From the NCBI GenBank assembly GCA_048938385.1, contig JBHLMG010000001.1, positions 128,001 through 192,000 on the forward strand: 64,000 bases of DNA, given 5' to 3'. Under the pieces are notes generated by a model that saw only the letters and a list, made by a program, of their open reading frames with translations, had not been told where the DNA came from and ran no database searches. Position 1 is the stretch's first letter. The number at the start of each line of letters is the position of its first letter. Of the stretch, positions 38,997 through 49,291 are shown piece after piece. This DNA is from Promethearchaeota archaeon (lineage in GTDB: Archaea; Asgardarchaeota; Hermodarchaeia; Hermodarchaeales; Hermodarchaeaceae). The position numbers and the translations under genes are program-made.

Positions 38997-40100
38997 GTGA
39001 AAATTGTCACTAAAAAGCTACGCATAGGTCTAGTCGTGGTAGTTCCTGAAGATATGGATGACCTGTGGCACCTTTACAACATCATCCTACCAGGTGACCA
39101 AGTAGCCGCACGGACAGTTCGGCGAGTTCGACGGGATTCAGACGACAGCTCTAGGCCTGACAAGGGCGAACGGCGACCTATGTTCATTCGCCTAACAGTA
39201 GAAGAGGTGGCTTTGCATAAATACTCGAATCGCTTACGGGTTAAAGGGCGTATTTTAGAAGGTCCAGAAGACTTCGTCTCTACTGGAACCTATCACACCA
39301 TCAATGTAGAACCAGGAGTAAAGGTGGAAATTACAAAAGAATCTTGGCCGCGCCCTTTACTCCGTCGAATCGAAGATGCAACCAAAAGGAGGGGACAGCG
39401 GCTCATCGTTATCGCAGTTGAAGAGGATCAAGCCTCGATCGGCATCATAGATGATTCAGGTGTTGATGTCCGTGTGGAAGTTCATGGCACTGCCCGGGGG
39501 AAATATGGCAAATATATCCAATCTGCTGATGCATTTAGCCAAATGTTCGCCAGCATCGCGACCCAACTTCGGGAATTACTGACTTCCTTAACAGAGGTTC
39601 TTCATATCGTAATTGTAGGACCAGGTTCTACAAAAGAAAAACTCAGTGATTATCTTCAAAACCATGTTCCTGCGAGTAAAGGTCGAGTTGTTTTGGAACA
39701 TACAAGTACCGGCACAGTTGGGGGGATTTACGAAGCTCTTAATCGGGGAATAATTGAACGCCTTGCGGGAGAAATCCGACTAAATCGCGAAATACAACTC
39801 ATAGACGAAGTTCTACAGCATTTAGGTAAAGGCACGGGAAAAACCGCTTATGGGTGGCAAGAAATCCGTCGAGCTGTTCAATTTGGTGCTATTGAAACAC
39901 TCCTAATCCTTGATAAACTCTTCAGGGAGGCTCCTCCAGAACAACGCCGCGAGCTCGAATCAATCATGAGACAAGTTGAAGATCAAGCAGGGACAATTGA
40001 ACTGTTTAGCGCTGAACATCACGCCGGAAAACAGCTTCAAGGCTTGGGAGGACTAGCAGCGCTCCTCCGGTTTTCCCTGCCTTTTACTAAAGAGGATTAA
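38997..40100 (+). CDS. pelA: mRNA surveillance protein Pelota
   Basis: DDLWHLYNII, RLRVKG, YHT, GPG, LGGLAALLRF; GTG 38997 preferred. Confidence 0.93.
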   Translation: MKIVTKKLRIGLVVVVPEDMDDLWHLYNIILPGDQVAARTVRRVRRDSDDSSRPDKGERRPMFIRLTVEEVALHKYSNRLRVKGRILEGPEDFVSTGTYHTINVEPGVKVEITKESWPRPLLRRIEDATKRRGQRLIVIAVEEDQASIGIIDDSGVDVRVEVHGTARGKYGKYIQSADAFSQMFASIATQLRELLTSLTEVLHIVIVGPGSTKEKLSDYLQNHVPASKGRVVLEHTSTGTVGGIYEALNRGIIERLAGEIRLNREIQLIDEVLQHLGKGTGKTAYGWQEIRRAVQFGAIETLLILDKLFREAPPEQRRELESIMRQVEDQAGTIELFSAEHHAGKQLQGLGGLAALLRFSLPFTKED

Positions 40101-41181
40101 AAGATACTTGAAACCGGCTTGCAATTGGGTATTCTTCTGCAACTCCCACTTGAAATCCTTGGGCTTTCAATCTGCTAGCTAGCTGATAAACCAAAGCAAT
40201 CGAGGTTTCAATTTGACCACGACTCTCATTAATCCAAAAGTCTTCCTTCGAAAGGTTAGGACCTTTCAGTAACATCGCAAGAGTCTCTGCCATAGACATC
40301 CCTGGAGGGGGTTTGATTATCCCTTTAACAATCAACCCTTCCTCAGTTATCTCTTCAAAGGATTTGGCTACTTTTTTCGCTCTCCGTCGGAAACGGTTAC
40401 GGAGTTGAGTTCCGTCTTTGAGTGTGAGTGGACAATAATGGAGGTTCAAAGAGGTTTCTGCTGCTGCCCACTCTAGCAATTCGAGGGCTTCCTCTTCACT
40501 TCCCTGTACGGAGGCAATAGAGTCCAAATCTAACTGTAAACCGCGTTTTTTTAGCTCATTTGCATTCAATGCGGTATATTCTAACTCATTGAGGTTCACA
40601 AAGTCAATCCCAATAGCTTCTAATTGGCGTAAAAAGTCCTTTAGCTGCTCCCGCATACCAGGAATGACTGGAATTTCGATGCCAAGTTTTGCCCTTCCTT
40701 TAGTGAGTGCTCGAAGCCGAGGAATGTCAGGTCCTAACGAAAAACGATGAAGCCTTAGCTCGTCAAGCCCGGCATTTAGTAATTTCTCAACAATATCAAG
40801 TGGAACCGGTTCTAGACCCGTATATAGGTGGATATGGAACTGCGAACCAAATTCTTCTTTAAAGAGACGGATGAACTGTAGAGTCCTCTCTACTTCATGG
40901 AGTGGCTCGCCACCTGTGATTCCCATACCTGTGGCTTCTATCATGTGGGCTTCTGCGATGGCTTGCTCAGGTTGCTCAACCACAACCTCATTAGCAAAGA
41001 TCGTGTCTTGGTTTCGACGCATTTCAGAAATAGGGCAGTAGAAACAAGATTTAGCACATTTCCCTGTGATGAACAAAACAAGCTTCGCTCCTTTGATGCA
41101 TTCCCTACATCCTTCAACCAAAATCCCTGTATGGGGGGAATTACCAAGCGATAACCGGATTTTTCGCACCACTTCTATCAC
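40087..41181 (-). CDS. Radical SAM protein (COG2108-like)
   Basis: GAKLVLFITGKCAKSCFYCP, ITGGEP, NLNELE. Confidence 0.85.
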   Translation of the reverse strand: MIEVVRKIRLSLGNSPHTGILVEGCRECIKGAKLVLFITGKCAKSCFYCPISEMRRNQDTIFANEVVVEQPEQAIAEAHMIEATGMGITGGEPLHEVERTLQFIRLFKEEFGSQFHIHLYTGLEPVPLDIVEKLLNAGLDELRLHRFSLGPDIPRLRALTKGRAKLGIEIPVIPGMREQLKDFLRQLEAIGIDFVNLNELEYTALNANELKKRGLQLDLDSIASVQGSEEEALELLEWAAAETSLNLHYCPLTLKDGTQLRNRFRRRAKKVAKSFEEITEEGLIVKGIIKPPPGMSMAETLAMLLKGPNLSKEDFWINESRGQIETSIALVYQLASRLKAQGFQVGVAEEYPIASRFQVSFNPL

Positions 41182-41900
41182 CCTTTCTGAACTCGACGAC
41201 GAACCACTGGGTCTCGATCTGAAACATGTTTCAAAACCGCCTCAAAAGTATCCTCAGGGGCCAGTGGTCGTTTGAGGTAAACACCTGTCCTCCCGACCGA
41301 GTCACGACGCATTAACACTTTTACTCGTTCTTCGACGATTTTAAGGCTCACGCCCACCTTCTTCGCGACCAATTCTTCATTACCCACAACGGCAGTCGAA
41401 ATATGGCCGGTCTTGGTTGGCTCTATTAGGATCAGTCGCTTATCTACACCTGGTACGCGCCTTTCTGTTTGCAGCTCTTCTCTTCGAAGGCATCCTCCAA
41501 ACCGATAGAACTCCAGTTCAATTGGCGAGGGACTGGTTAAGGGGAAAGTGACAACGGTATTATTAGGTAAATAGATGTGAGCCTTAATGGCATGGAATGG
41601 TGTAGCGTGTACTAATTCACGGTGAATAATCTGACGACCTGCTTGATTCAACGCAAATTCCACTGTAAATGAAGGAATCACCCGCGGAATATACACATCG
41701 ATGTCACTACTCTCAGACACATCACCACGACACAGACTCCCATGAACTAAAGTCTCGGCTCCACTTGGTTCTAACACCGTCATCAGGGCAATCGCTCGTT
41801 GACGAAGGCTGGCAAGTAAGACCCAATGGCTATCACTGTAAATGACTTCTTGGCTTCCAGTGTCTCGACGCACGGGCTTTTTTCGCGGCATGAACTTCAA
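41178..41900 (-). CDS. Nucleotidyltransferase-domain protein (COG2413-like)
   Basis: HGSLCRGDV...SDID, EFYRFGG, RVPGVDKRL, GRTGV. Confidence 0.8.
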   Translation of the reverse strand: MKFMPRKKPVRRDTGSQEVIYSDSHWVLLASLRQRAIALMTVLEPSGAETLVHGSLCRGDVSESSDIDVYIPRVIPSFTVEFALNQAGRQIIHRELVHATPFHAIKAHIYLPNNTVVTFPLTSPSPIELEFYRFGGCLRREELQTERRVPGVDKRLILIEPTKTGHISTAVVGNEELVAKKVGVSLKIVEERVKVLMRRDSVGRTGVYLKRPLAPEDTFEAVLKHVSDRDPVVRRRVQKG

Positions 41901-41919
41901 TCCAACAGAAAATGCTGTT

Positions 41920-42240
41920 CTACTTACCTACAGTGGCAGCTATCCACTCAAGATAGGCTCCGTATCCGTCTTGTATTGGGGCGCTAATAATTTCCGGTAC
42001 TTCGTAACTGTGGAGGGATAATACCCGCTCTCTAAGAGACGCAAATCGATCCTGCTGAGTTTTAATAATCAACAGGCTTTCCTTGTCTTCAATTATTTCT
42101 CCTTTCCATCGGTAGATGGATTTTTGCTGAACCATTCCAACGCAAGCAGCGAGCGCTTCCTCAACTAGTGTTCGTGCAATTAATTTTGCCTCTTTTTCAT
42201 TACCTACTGTTACAAACGCAATGATGAAACCTGAAGGCAT
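41920..42240 (-). CDS. cutA: Divalent cation tolerance protein CutA
   Basis: LAACV, SIYRWKG, LHSYEVPEII, YLEWI. Confidence 0.92.
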   Translation of the reverse strand: MPSGFIIAFVTVGNEKEAKLIARTLVEEALAACVGMVQQKSIYRWKGEIIEDKESLLIIKTQQDRFASLRERVLSLHSYEVPEIISAPIQDGYGAYLEWIAATVGK

Positions 42241-42357
42241 CTCTTCACACCCACCAAGAGGGGCTCCAACCGGATTAATTAAAAGCTTCGCTCTCATCGG
42301 TGCAGCACACATTTATACCGAATGTATAATGTGGAAAAACCCTGAGGCGTATATTGA

Positions 42358-43548
42358 ATGCTTCAACTCGAATTCCTTCTTCCTTGGCTTCCTTGGATCT
42401 TAATCCTATTAGTTTGGGTAATTATTCTCAGTCTCGCCTCAATGTTTAACCTTGAGAAGTATCGTCTTGAAGTTGGTCCATTCATGCTCTTTTGGAGAAC
42501 CGAACGATTCAATAACCTCTTAGATCGAATTGGCCGATGGAACCCCCGGGCCTGGCGATATATCTGGTCTGGATTTATTGGATTTGCCTTCTTCTTCTCG
42601 CTCTATGGCTTTTATTTTCTTTTCCTAAATGTTTGGGAGTTTGTCAAAGGACTGCTGGGTATACCCGGTGGAACCCCTGGTGCTGTTGCTCCACTGATCC
42701 CTGGCGTCACAATGCCCTACCAGACCTTTCTCATGATTCTCATCCCACTGATTGTAGCAATTCTATTTCACGAACTCGCTCATGGCATTGCAGCACGAGC
42801 TGACGATATCCCTGTGAAGAGCTCAGGAATTTTTGCGTTCCTTATCTTCTTTGGGGCTTTTGTTGAACCAGACGAGGAATATGTGAAGATCAAAACAACT
42901 CACCGCCAACGAGCACGGCTATACGCATCAGGCTCTGGCGTCAACATCGCCGTAGCCCTTGCTGCTATCGCTTTAATGACCCTAATGATCATCCCTGCCC
43001 CAAGCGGCGTACTCATTCAGAATGTAGTTCCTGGAAGTGCAGCTGATGGGGCGTTAGCTCCAGGAATGGTAATCACGGGAATGAATGGAACTGCTGTTCA
43101 AACTTCGGAAGATCTCGGGCTCTTCATGGACAACACCGAGCCTGGGGATTTAGTGGTTTTCACTGTCAACGGCGATTCAATACCCATAGTCGTTGGGACT
43201 AACCCCTCTAACGCATCGCAAGCCTACATAGGAATCTATCTGAGTACTTATTTTCCACTTCACTTCCCCTTTAGCTTGCTTGGTCCTATTGGAGGAATTG
43301 AGTTTCAGCGTGGCTTGTTGTGGTTTATCATGATCACTTTCAGTCTTGGAGTTATCAACTTGTTACCAATTCCACCTCTAGATGGTGACAGGCTGTGGAA
43401 AGAACTCATTGATGTAACCATCTCCTTAGAACGGAAAAGTGGTCGCGCATTGTTATGGGGGCTCCGAATAGCAGCATTAGGCACCTTGATTGCTAACATC
43501 GTCTTTACAATCATGAATCCCGCTTTGTTGCTCATGTTCTTTGGTTAA
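42358..43548 (+). CDS. Site-2 protease (M50) with PDZ domain
   Basis: HELAHG, GAFVEPD, NLLPIPPLDG. Confidence 0.92.
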   Translation: MLQLEFLLPWLPWILILLVWVIILSLASMFNLEKYRLEVGPFMLFWRTERFNNLLDRIGRWNPRAWRYIWSGFIGFAFFFSLYGFYFLFLNVWEFVKGLLGIPGGTPGAVAPLIPGVTMPYQTFLMILIPLIVAILFHELAHGIAARADDIPVKSSGIFAFLIFFGAFVEPDEEYVKIKTTHRQRARLYASGSGVNIAVALAAIALMTLMIIPAPSGVLIQNVVPGSAADGALAPGMVITGMNGTAVQTSEDLGLFMDNTEPGDLVVFTVNGDSIPIVVGTNPSNASQAYIGIYLSTYFPLHFPFSLLGPIGGIEFQRGLLWFIMITFSLGVINLLPIPPLDGDRLWKELIDVTISLERKSGRALLWGLRIAALGTLIANIVFTIMNPALLLMFFG

Positions 43549-43593
43549 TCCATGGAAATTTATGTGAGCAAGTACTTGCCATTAAGGACATAA

Positions 43594-44535
43594 ATGACAG
43601 ACAAGTGTTACATGTGCAACGGCACTACCATTTTCTTTCGCCCCTACTCAGGAGAAGCTTTGTGTGAGAAGTGCTTCAAGGAATCCCTCATCACCTCAGT
43701 TCGTGCAGCCGTTTCCAAGTTTACAATGCTGCATCATACAGACCGAATTGCTGTGGCCTACTCAGGCGGCAAGGATAGTCTAGTCCTGCTTTCTACACTC
43801 ATAGACATTCAACGCCGCTTTCCCCATTCAGAAGTCATCGCAGTTACTCTCTTGGAAGGAAGTCAACACGATCAACAACGATTGAAAACTCAAACTGAAG
43901 TTACTCACCATCTAAAAGTTGAACATGTGACATCTACCTACCAGGAACTGTTTTCCCTAACCCTTGAAGACATTGTGGAACGCGCAAATATCTTACAGTC
44001 ACCCTTATCCGCGTGTGCATATTGTGGAACGCTCCGCAGACAAGGTTTGAACATACTAGCACGAAAGATTAACGCAGATAAACTAGCCCTAGGACACAAC
44101 CTCGATGATGAAGTACAATCCATGTTGATGAACCTGATTCGCGGCGACATTCAACGCCTCAGCCGAATCACTCCATTTCTTAAAGGAGTTCCTGGATGGC
44201 TTGTGCCTCGGATTAAACCTCTTTACCATCTTCTCGAAGACGAGATAGCCCTCTACGCCCAACTGCTTAAACTCCCCATTTACCATCCCCCATGTCCCTA
44301 CAAAGAAACATCAATGCGTTCAGAAATTCGTGAATGGCTCAATTCATTTGAAGCGCGACATCCTGGATCAAAATACAATCTCTACGCGACATTCTCAAAA
44401 ATCATTCAGGCTCTGGATTCGGGTGAAAAACCTCCATTTCAAAAATGTCGAACCTGTGGCGAAATCACATCACAAGAGATTTGTGCTGTGTGTTTACATC
44501 GAAAAAACCTCACAGAAGATTTTAGAAAAAGGTAA
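43594..44535 (+). CDS. tRNA 2-thiolation enzyme (TtuA/Ncs6 family)
   Basis: SGGKDS PP-loop, CAYCG, GHNLDD, PRIKPL, terminal zinc fingers. Confidence 0.9.
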   Translation: MTDKCYMCNGTTIFFRPYSGEALCEKCFKESLITSVRAAVSKFTMLHHTDRIAVAYSGGKDSLVLLSTLIDIQRRFPHSEVIAVTLLEGSQHDQQRLKTQTEVTHHLKVEHVTSTYQELFSLTLEDIVERANILQSPLSACAYCGTLRRQGLNILARKINADKLALGHNLDDEVQSMLMNLIRGDIQRLSRITPFLKGVPGWLVPRIKPLYHLLEDEIALYAQLLKLPIYHPPCPYKETSMRSEIREWLNSFEARHPGSKYNLYATFSKIIQALDSGEKPPFQKCRTCGEITSQEICAVCLHRKNLTEDFRKR

Positions 44536-44541
44536 AAAGGC

Positions 44542-44887
44542 GGACGGGAGCCCCGACGGTTGACAACCCTTCCTGACGCCGTGCTCACAGCCAGGTCTCG
44601 GACCCGGATCTCAGAAGCATCTACAGTACAGGCTTACGCTGCTCCCTCCCGGGTCTCGCTGGGTTCACCTGTTTAAGGCGATTCAGCCCTTCCTACGAAA
44701 AGCCTACCGCCACCAGCGATCCTCTGAGGCGGATCGTCACAGCCACGAACAGCGAGTCGTACACCAGGTCAGAAAGCCTAACATCGGCATTCAGCCTGCC
44801 TTATAGAGCATTTGCAGAACAGGGGAGCCTTAGCCAGCCCGTAGCGGTGCTGCGGGGCTTCTAGCCCCCCGCCTAGGCTCACCGTCC
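44542..44887 (-). ncRNA. ffs: SRP (7S) RNA with a candidate 29-nt BHB intron
   Basis: Terminal helix GGACGG.GAGCC/GGCTCCCGTCC; helix 6 GUAG tetraloop; helix 8 GAGACCC-GGGA-GGGAGCAG; Alu-like CUAGGCGGGGGG...CCCCUGU. Confidence 0.88.
44831..44859 (-). other. BHB-type intron in SRP RNA Alu domain
   Basis: GCUA/UGGC helix, bulges GA^A and UA^A, inner stem with ACC loop. Confidence 0.75.
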
Positions 44888-44913
44888 AACCTGCTTCCAC
44901 AACCTGGCGCTAT

Positions 44914-45414
44914 TTAACCATTTCTTTGTACACGATTTACTCGCCACACTTGAAATATGAACACAGGAAGAGCTAGAATAAAACAGACCCCACAAAACAG
45001 AAGCACCGTAGATGAAGAAGCAAGATAAAGGAAAGGATTACCCAACAACGGCCAAAAGGGTTGCATTTCTGGATAGAGGAAGGCATCTAAGATTACATGG
45101 GAGTAGGTTCCAAGCAAGGTCGCCAAAGTGAGTTTTGCCCGGGTAGTCGGTTGAGGAAGACGAAATATCTTCATGAGGTCTCCTAATATTCCTCGAAATG
45201 GGAAGAGAAGGAGGGAACCTAAGAGTGCAGCAATCGTCGCTCCAGCGAATGTGTGAAAAAATGTATGCCGCACGGGTAACCCGAGAAGGAGGAACACCAG
45301 CGGCTCAACATCAACGATAACGCTGCCGAGCAAGAATGCAGGGATATACAACAAGGGAAAAACCAGTAACCCGACTAGTAGGCTTGGACCAAAGTGAAAA
45401 GGAGTGAATGGCAA
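44914..45414 (-). CDS. Membrane protein, DUF4184 / metal-dependent hydrolase-like
   Basis: MPFTPFH start (TTG 45414), HTFFHT, SHVILD, PFWP. Confidence 0.75.
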   Translation of the reverse strand: MPFTPFHFGPSLLVGLLVFPLLYIPAFLLGSVIVDVEPLVFLLLGLPVRHTFFHTFAGATIAALLGSLLLFPFRGILGDLMKIFRLPQPTTRAKLTLATLLGTYSHVILDAFLYPEMQPFWPLLGNPFLYLASSSTVLLFCGVCFILALPVFIFQVWRVNRVQRNG

Positions 45415-45455
45415 AATGAAAGTCCCCTGCGTTGTTGTAGAGTTCAAATGAAATT

Positions 45456-45541
45456 TGGCGCCGGGGACGGGATTCGAACCCGTGAGTCCAATGGACACAG
45501 ACTTAGCAGGCCTGCTCCCTACCAGGCTAGGATACCCCGGC
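45456..45541 (-). tRNA. tRNA-Ser(GCT), no intron
   Basis: Cloverleaf with long variable arm and CCA. Confidence 0.95.
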
Positions 45542-45581
45542 AAAGGTTTGTTGCTGGTACAAATCGCGGGCTTTTATAAGT

Positions 45582-45992
45582 TTATGTTCTTGGTTTTGGT
45601 AAAATCGCGCGAAAGCCGTAGTCCTTTATGGCTAGAGTGAATGCCAAGAAAAGGATTCCAATAATTGCATCAATTACTCCGAATACCAGTAGGAGCACTG
45701 GCAGGCTCCAAATGATGATATAGTAGAGTAGAATAACGAAGAACAGTAGACGCAGAATGCTATTCACAACCGGTATTACTAGTAATTGATCTAGATTACG
45801 GGAAGCTACCACGAGAGCTAAACCAAAGGCGAAAAGAAACGCGCCACATATCTGTAATAGCGCCGCAGAAAGAGGGCTAATAGGATAAGCCAAAAGAATC
45901 GAAACGAATGGTGAAGCGAATAGAAAAAGCGCTGCTAACATGAGATCATAGATGCCTGCCAATAACACAAGATAGGCAAACCATTTCTTCAT
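45582..45992 (-). CDS. Hypothetical 4-TM membrane protein
   Basis: Four hydrophobic segments. Confidence 0.7.
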   Translation of the reverse strand: MKKWFAYLVLLAGIYDLMLAALFLFASPFVSILLAYPISPLSAALLQICGAFLFAFGLALVVASRNLDQLLVIPVVNSILRLLFFVILLYYIIIWSLPVLLLVFGVIDAIIGILFLAFTLAIKDYGFRAILPKPRT

Positions 45993-46065
45993 CGAGCCGT
46001 CACCAAAGGACAAGTTCCTGCTCCTTATCCGCACGGGGTATAAAATAATCTACAGCTCGTTTCAT

Positions 46066-46174
46066 TGGTGGGCCGAGGGGGACTCGAACCCCCGACCATC
46101 GCGGTGTAAGCGCGATATCATAGCCTTCTAGTCTGCAAGGATGTATTCCTTCGAGATAACTAGACTATCGGCCC
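46066..46174 (-). tRNA. tRNA-Val(TAC) with 32-nt D-loop BHB intron (46126-46157)
   Basis: CUAG/CUAG helix, UU^A and AA^G bulges; mature 77 nt. Confidence 0.92.
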
Positions 46175-46245
46175 AACTAGTAAATTGTAATTTCGAGCCG
46201 TCCTAAAAAAGTCTCCCTAAAACTAAGTATAAGTCGAAGTATGGC

Positions 46246-46755
46246 CTAATTAGGCTTAACATCCTCATCTAGAATGGCTATTTGTTTTTTTAACATTTCA
46301 ATAATCTGTGTGTTATCGACATGAACCAGTTTATTACTACAAATGGGACATTTGAAGGCATTCGCCATCGCTTCTTCGAAAGTATGCCTTGGGCAACCAT
46401 CGTGATTGCAATGATAAAAGGTGTTTTCAGTCTCATAATCGAAGCGCTGTCTTAGGCGTTCTAACACTTTTACTTTCTTTTCATAGAGAAGATCGTGAAT
46501 GCGCTCAGGTTCTAATTTCCAATAATAGACAAACCATCCGGTATCCTTATTGCGCGTACGGCGATAGGACGCTAAATGAAGGTCATAGAGTTTATAGAGA
46601 ATTTTTCGAACGACATTGAGACGCATTCCCGTCCCATCTCGAATTTCTTCATCTGTCGTTTCTTCATCCTCTTTTAACTGTGTAACTACTTCATACGCGT
46701 CTTCACCGGCAAATTCAATGACAACTTGCTTGAGTAGCATCTCGCGTCTGGACAT
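46246..46755 (-). CDS. tfe: Transcription factor E (alpha)
   Basis: TDEEI, VRKILYKLYD, GWFVYYW, F.CPIC. Confidence 0.95.
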   Translation of the reverse strand: MSRREMLLKQVVIEFAGEDAYEVVTQLKEDEETTDEEIRDGTGMRLNVVRKILYKLYDLHLASYRRTRNKDTGWFVYYWKLEPERIHDLLYEKKVKVLERLRQRFDYETENTFYHCNHDGCPRHTFEEAMANAFKCPICSNKLVHVDNTQIIEMLKKQIAILDEDVKPN

Positions 46756-46842
46756 AGATTAACCTATAATTTACATTTCGAAGGAATAAAGACCTTTTTG
46801 TTTAGCAAGTAACGCGTTATCGGCAAAAAGCCGACAAAAAGG

Positions 46843-47421
46843 CTAATCAGATTCCTTCACTTGTTTTCCATGACTAGAAGGCACAATTTCAATTCGAGCG
46901 TCAGAGTATTTGTGGTGAAGGGCACTTCCCTGAAAGAGACGATCTAAGAAAATTGATAGCGCGGCTACTTCACTATGGGGTTGATGTCCCACAGCTACAT
47001 TATAATTTGCAGCCTTGTACATCTCTGCAGGAACTTTGGGACCACCCACTGCAATGAGCTTTTGGCGAGAAGAGCCCCGAATCTCTCCGATTACATCATC
47101 CACATGAAATCCATACATAGTAAGGTGTATCACTTCTCCCCCCTCCTCTTTCCAAGTCTTAATAGAATGTCGCCAATTAACCCCTGTCATCACCCGAAAG
47201 GCTTGATTCCCCCACTGGGAATTGACTTCGTGAATCTTAGAAGCGATTTTTTCGTCTTTGATGCCTGAAATCCAAAATTCGTCTGCGCCAAAGGCTCGCG
47301 CTGTCAACCCTACATGCGTCGTCAGTCGTTTGTCGCGTTCTGGGCGATGATTAATTTTGAGTACCACAATACGCCATTTGGAGTGGTTCATGTACACATA
47401 TCGCTCTCCTAGTTTTAACAC
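46843..47421 (-). CDS. trm56: tRNA C56 2'-O-methyltransferase (start possibly 47391)
   Basis: HRPERDKRLTTHVGLTARAFGA, HLTMYG, QPHSEVAAL. Confidence 0.95.
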   Translation of the reverse strand: MLKLGERYVYMNHSKWRIVVLKINHRPERDKRLTTHVGLTARAFGADEFWISGIKDEKIASKIHEVNSQWGNQAFRVMTGVNWRHSIKTWKEEGGEVIHLTMYGFHVDDVIGEIRGSSRQKLIAVGGPKVPAEMYKAANYNVAVGHQPHSEVAALSIFLDRLFQGSALHHKYSDARIEIVPSSHGKQVKESD

Positions 47422-47438
47422 CTTTAACTAGGTGGGAA

Positions 47439-47939
47439 TTATGAGGGGGGCTTTTTTCGTCTAATTTCAACTACATCTCCCAAAGTCGTGCTGCTTTGAG
47501 ATGTAACGGGGGAAAGATCAAGGGATTCAGCTTCTTCGAGAAGAGTTAGCTTGAACAACCTTTCTAGTTTGCGAGCTAGGCTGATTGTAGGGGTAAGCTT
47601 ACCACTTTCCAACTTTGCGATGATGGAAGTTCTTTCATGAAGCTTCCCTGCAACATCTTTCTGTGACATTCCTTGTTGTTCACGCGCTTTCCGAATCAAT
47701 TGAGAAAAGTTGTCTACTGCCACGAGTTCACGGCTTTGTGGTCGGGGACGATGAGACGGGCGTAGGGCTGAGGTTGGACGAGTTTTAAGGACGGTAGATG
47801 GGGGTCCTACAGCAGGTTTCGGTCTATGTACCGGTTCACCCAATTCTGCGCATCGATTACACGCAAAAAGCTCAGCTCCCTCAAGGGAGATCTCTCTAGT
47901 CGAACGACACTCGCGTCCACAAATTTCGCAGGTTGGCAT
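47439..47939 (-). CDS. mbf1: Multiprotein bridging factor aMBF1
   Basis: CEICG zinc ribbon + HTH, TLGD. Confidence 0.92.
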   Translation of the reverse strand: MPTCEICGRECRSTREISLEGAELFACNRCAELGEPVHRPKPAVGPPSTVLKTRPTSALRPSHRPRPQSRELVAVDNFSQLIRKAREQQGMSQKDVAGKLHERTSIIAKLESGKLTPTISLARKLERLFKLTLLEEAESLDLSPVTSQSSTTLGDVVEIRRKKPPS

Positions 47940-48079
47940 GTTTTATTTTCGCCACCAATTTACTTTTTCCCGCCATTATCTATAAGTTGTTATCCTTTTA
48001 ACGGAGCTAAAGCTAACTTTCATTGGTGCAAGTAACTAATAAAAAAACCTTTTAGCGTGTGTAACTCAGAGAACATGCA

Positions 48080-49285
48080 ATGACCGATTCAACTGATATC
48101 CGTAAGAAGTCGGTCTCTTCAGAAGATTACATTACCTTAGCTGAACGGACCTACCAATTGGAACAACGAGTTCGTGAACTTGAAATAGAACGAGAGCAAA
48201 TCGTAGCTGAACGAACGCGTCTTGAAAATGAAGTTCGGATACTACAAGCGGAACTTAATAAATTACGACAGCCCCCCTTGGTATCTGCCACCGTCGTCGA
48301 TGTCCTTGATGACGGACGCGTTATCGTAAAAAGTTCCACTGGTCCGCAATTTGTCGTTAATTATCCTGAATCAATTATTGGGAACAAACTGGAATCTGGT
48401 GCAAAAGTTGCGCTAAACCAACGCACCCTCGCTGTCGTTGATATTTTACCCATTTCAATCGATCCCTTCGTTCAAGCCATGAATGTTGAAGAAAGCCCTA
48501 ATGTCACTTATGATGACATTGGGGGGTTGGAAGATCAAATTGCTGAAATTCGAGAAACAGTAGAGCTTCCCCTCCTTCACCCTGAATTATTCGAAAAAGT
48601 CGGAATTGAACCGCCTAAAGGAGTTCTCCTCTCTGGCCCCCCTGGCACCGGAAAAACACTTCTCGCTCGTGCAGTTGCACATGAAACGAAAGCCACATTC
48701 ATTCGCGTTATCGGTTCCGAATTGGTCCAAAAATTCATCGGAGAAGGGGCACGCATCGTGCGAGAAATCTTTTACATGGCACGCAAACGCGCACCCAGCA
48801 TCGTCTTCATTGATGAACTCGACGCTGTAGCCAGTCGACGACTGGACATCGCTACCAGTGGAGACCGCGAGGTACAACGAACTCTTATGCAGCTTCTTAG
48901 CATGCTCGATGGTTTTGACCCGCGTGGCGATGTACGAATCCTTGCAGCAACTAATCGTCCTGATATCCTTGACGGGGCTCTTACACGACCAGGACGATTC
49001 GATCGAATTATTGAGTTTCCATTTCCTGACAAGGAGGCAAGAATACAGATTCTTCATATCCACATGCGTAACATGAATGTCGATTCGGATGTCGATGTTG
49101 GCTTACTAGCTACAAAAACACCTGGGGCATCAGGAGCAGATCTCAAAGCAATTTGCACAGAAGCAGGGATGTTTGCCATCAGGGAGCTCCGTGATGTGGT
49201 GAGACAAGCTGATTTCACCAAGGGGATTAAGAAAGTCTTAGGCAGTCTCATTGATAGGGGAGATGTAACAGACATTTATGGCTAG
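48080..49285 (+). CDS. pan: Proteasome-activating nucleotidase
   Basis: Coiled coil, KSSTGP, GPPGTGKT, DREVQRT, C-terminal HbYX (IYG). Confidence 0.96.
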   Translation: MTDSTDIRKKSVSSEDYITLAERTYQLEQRVRELEIEREQIVAERTRLENEVRILQAELNKLRQPPLVSATVVDVLDDGRVIVKSSTGPQFVVNYPESIIGNKLESGAKVALNQRTLAVVDILPISIDPFVQAMNVEESPNVTYDDIGGLEDQIAEIRETVELPLLHPELFEKVGIEPPKGVLLSGPPGTGKTLLARAVAHETKATFIRVIGSELVQKFIGEGARIVREIFYMARKRAPSIVFIDELDAVASRRLDIATSGDREVQRTLMQLLSMLDGFDPRGDVRILAATNRPDILDGALTRPGRFDRIIEFPFPDKEARIQILHIHMRNMNVDSDVDVGLLATKTPGASGADLKAICTEAGMFAIRELRDVVRQADFTKGIKKVLGSLIDRGDVTDIYG

Positions 49286-49291
49286 GGAAAA

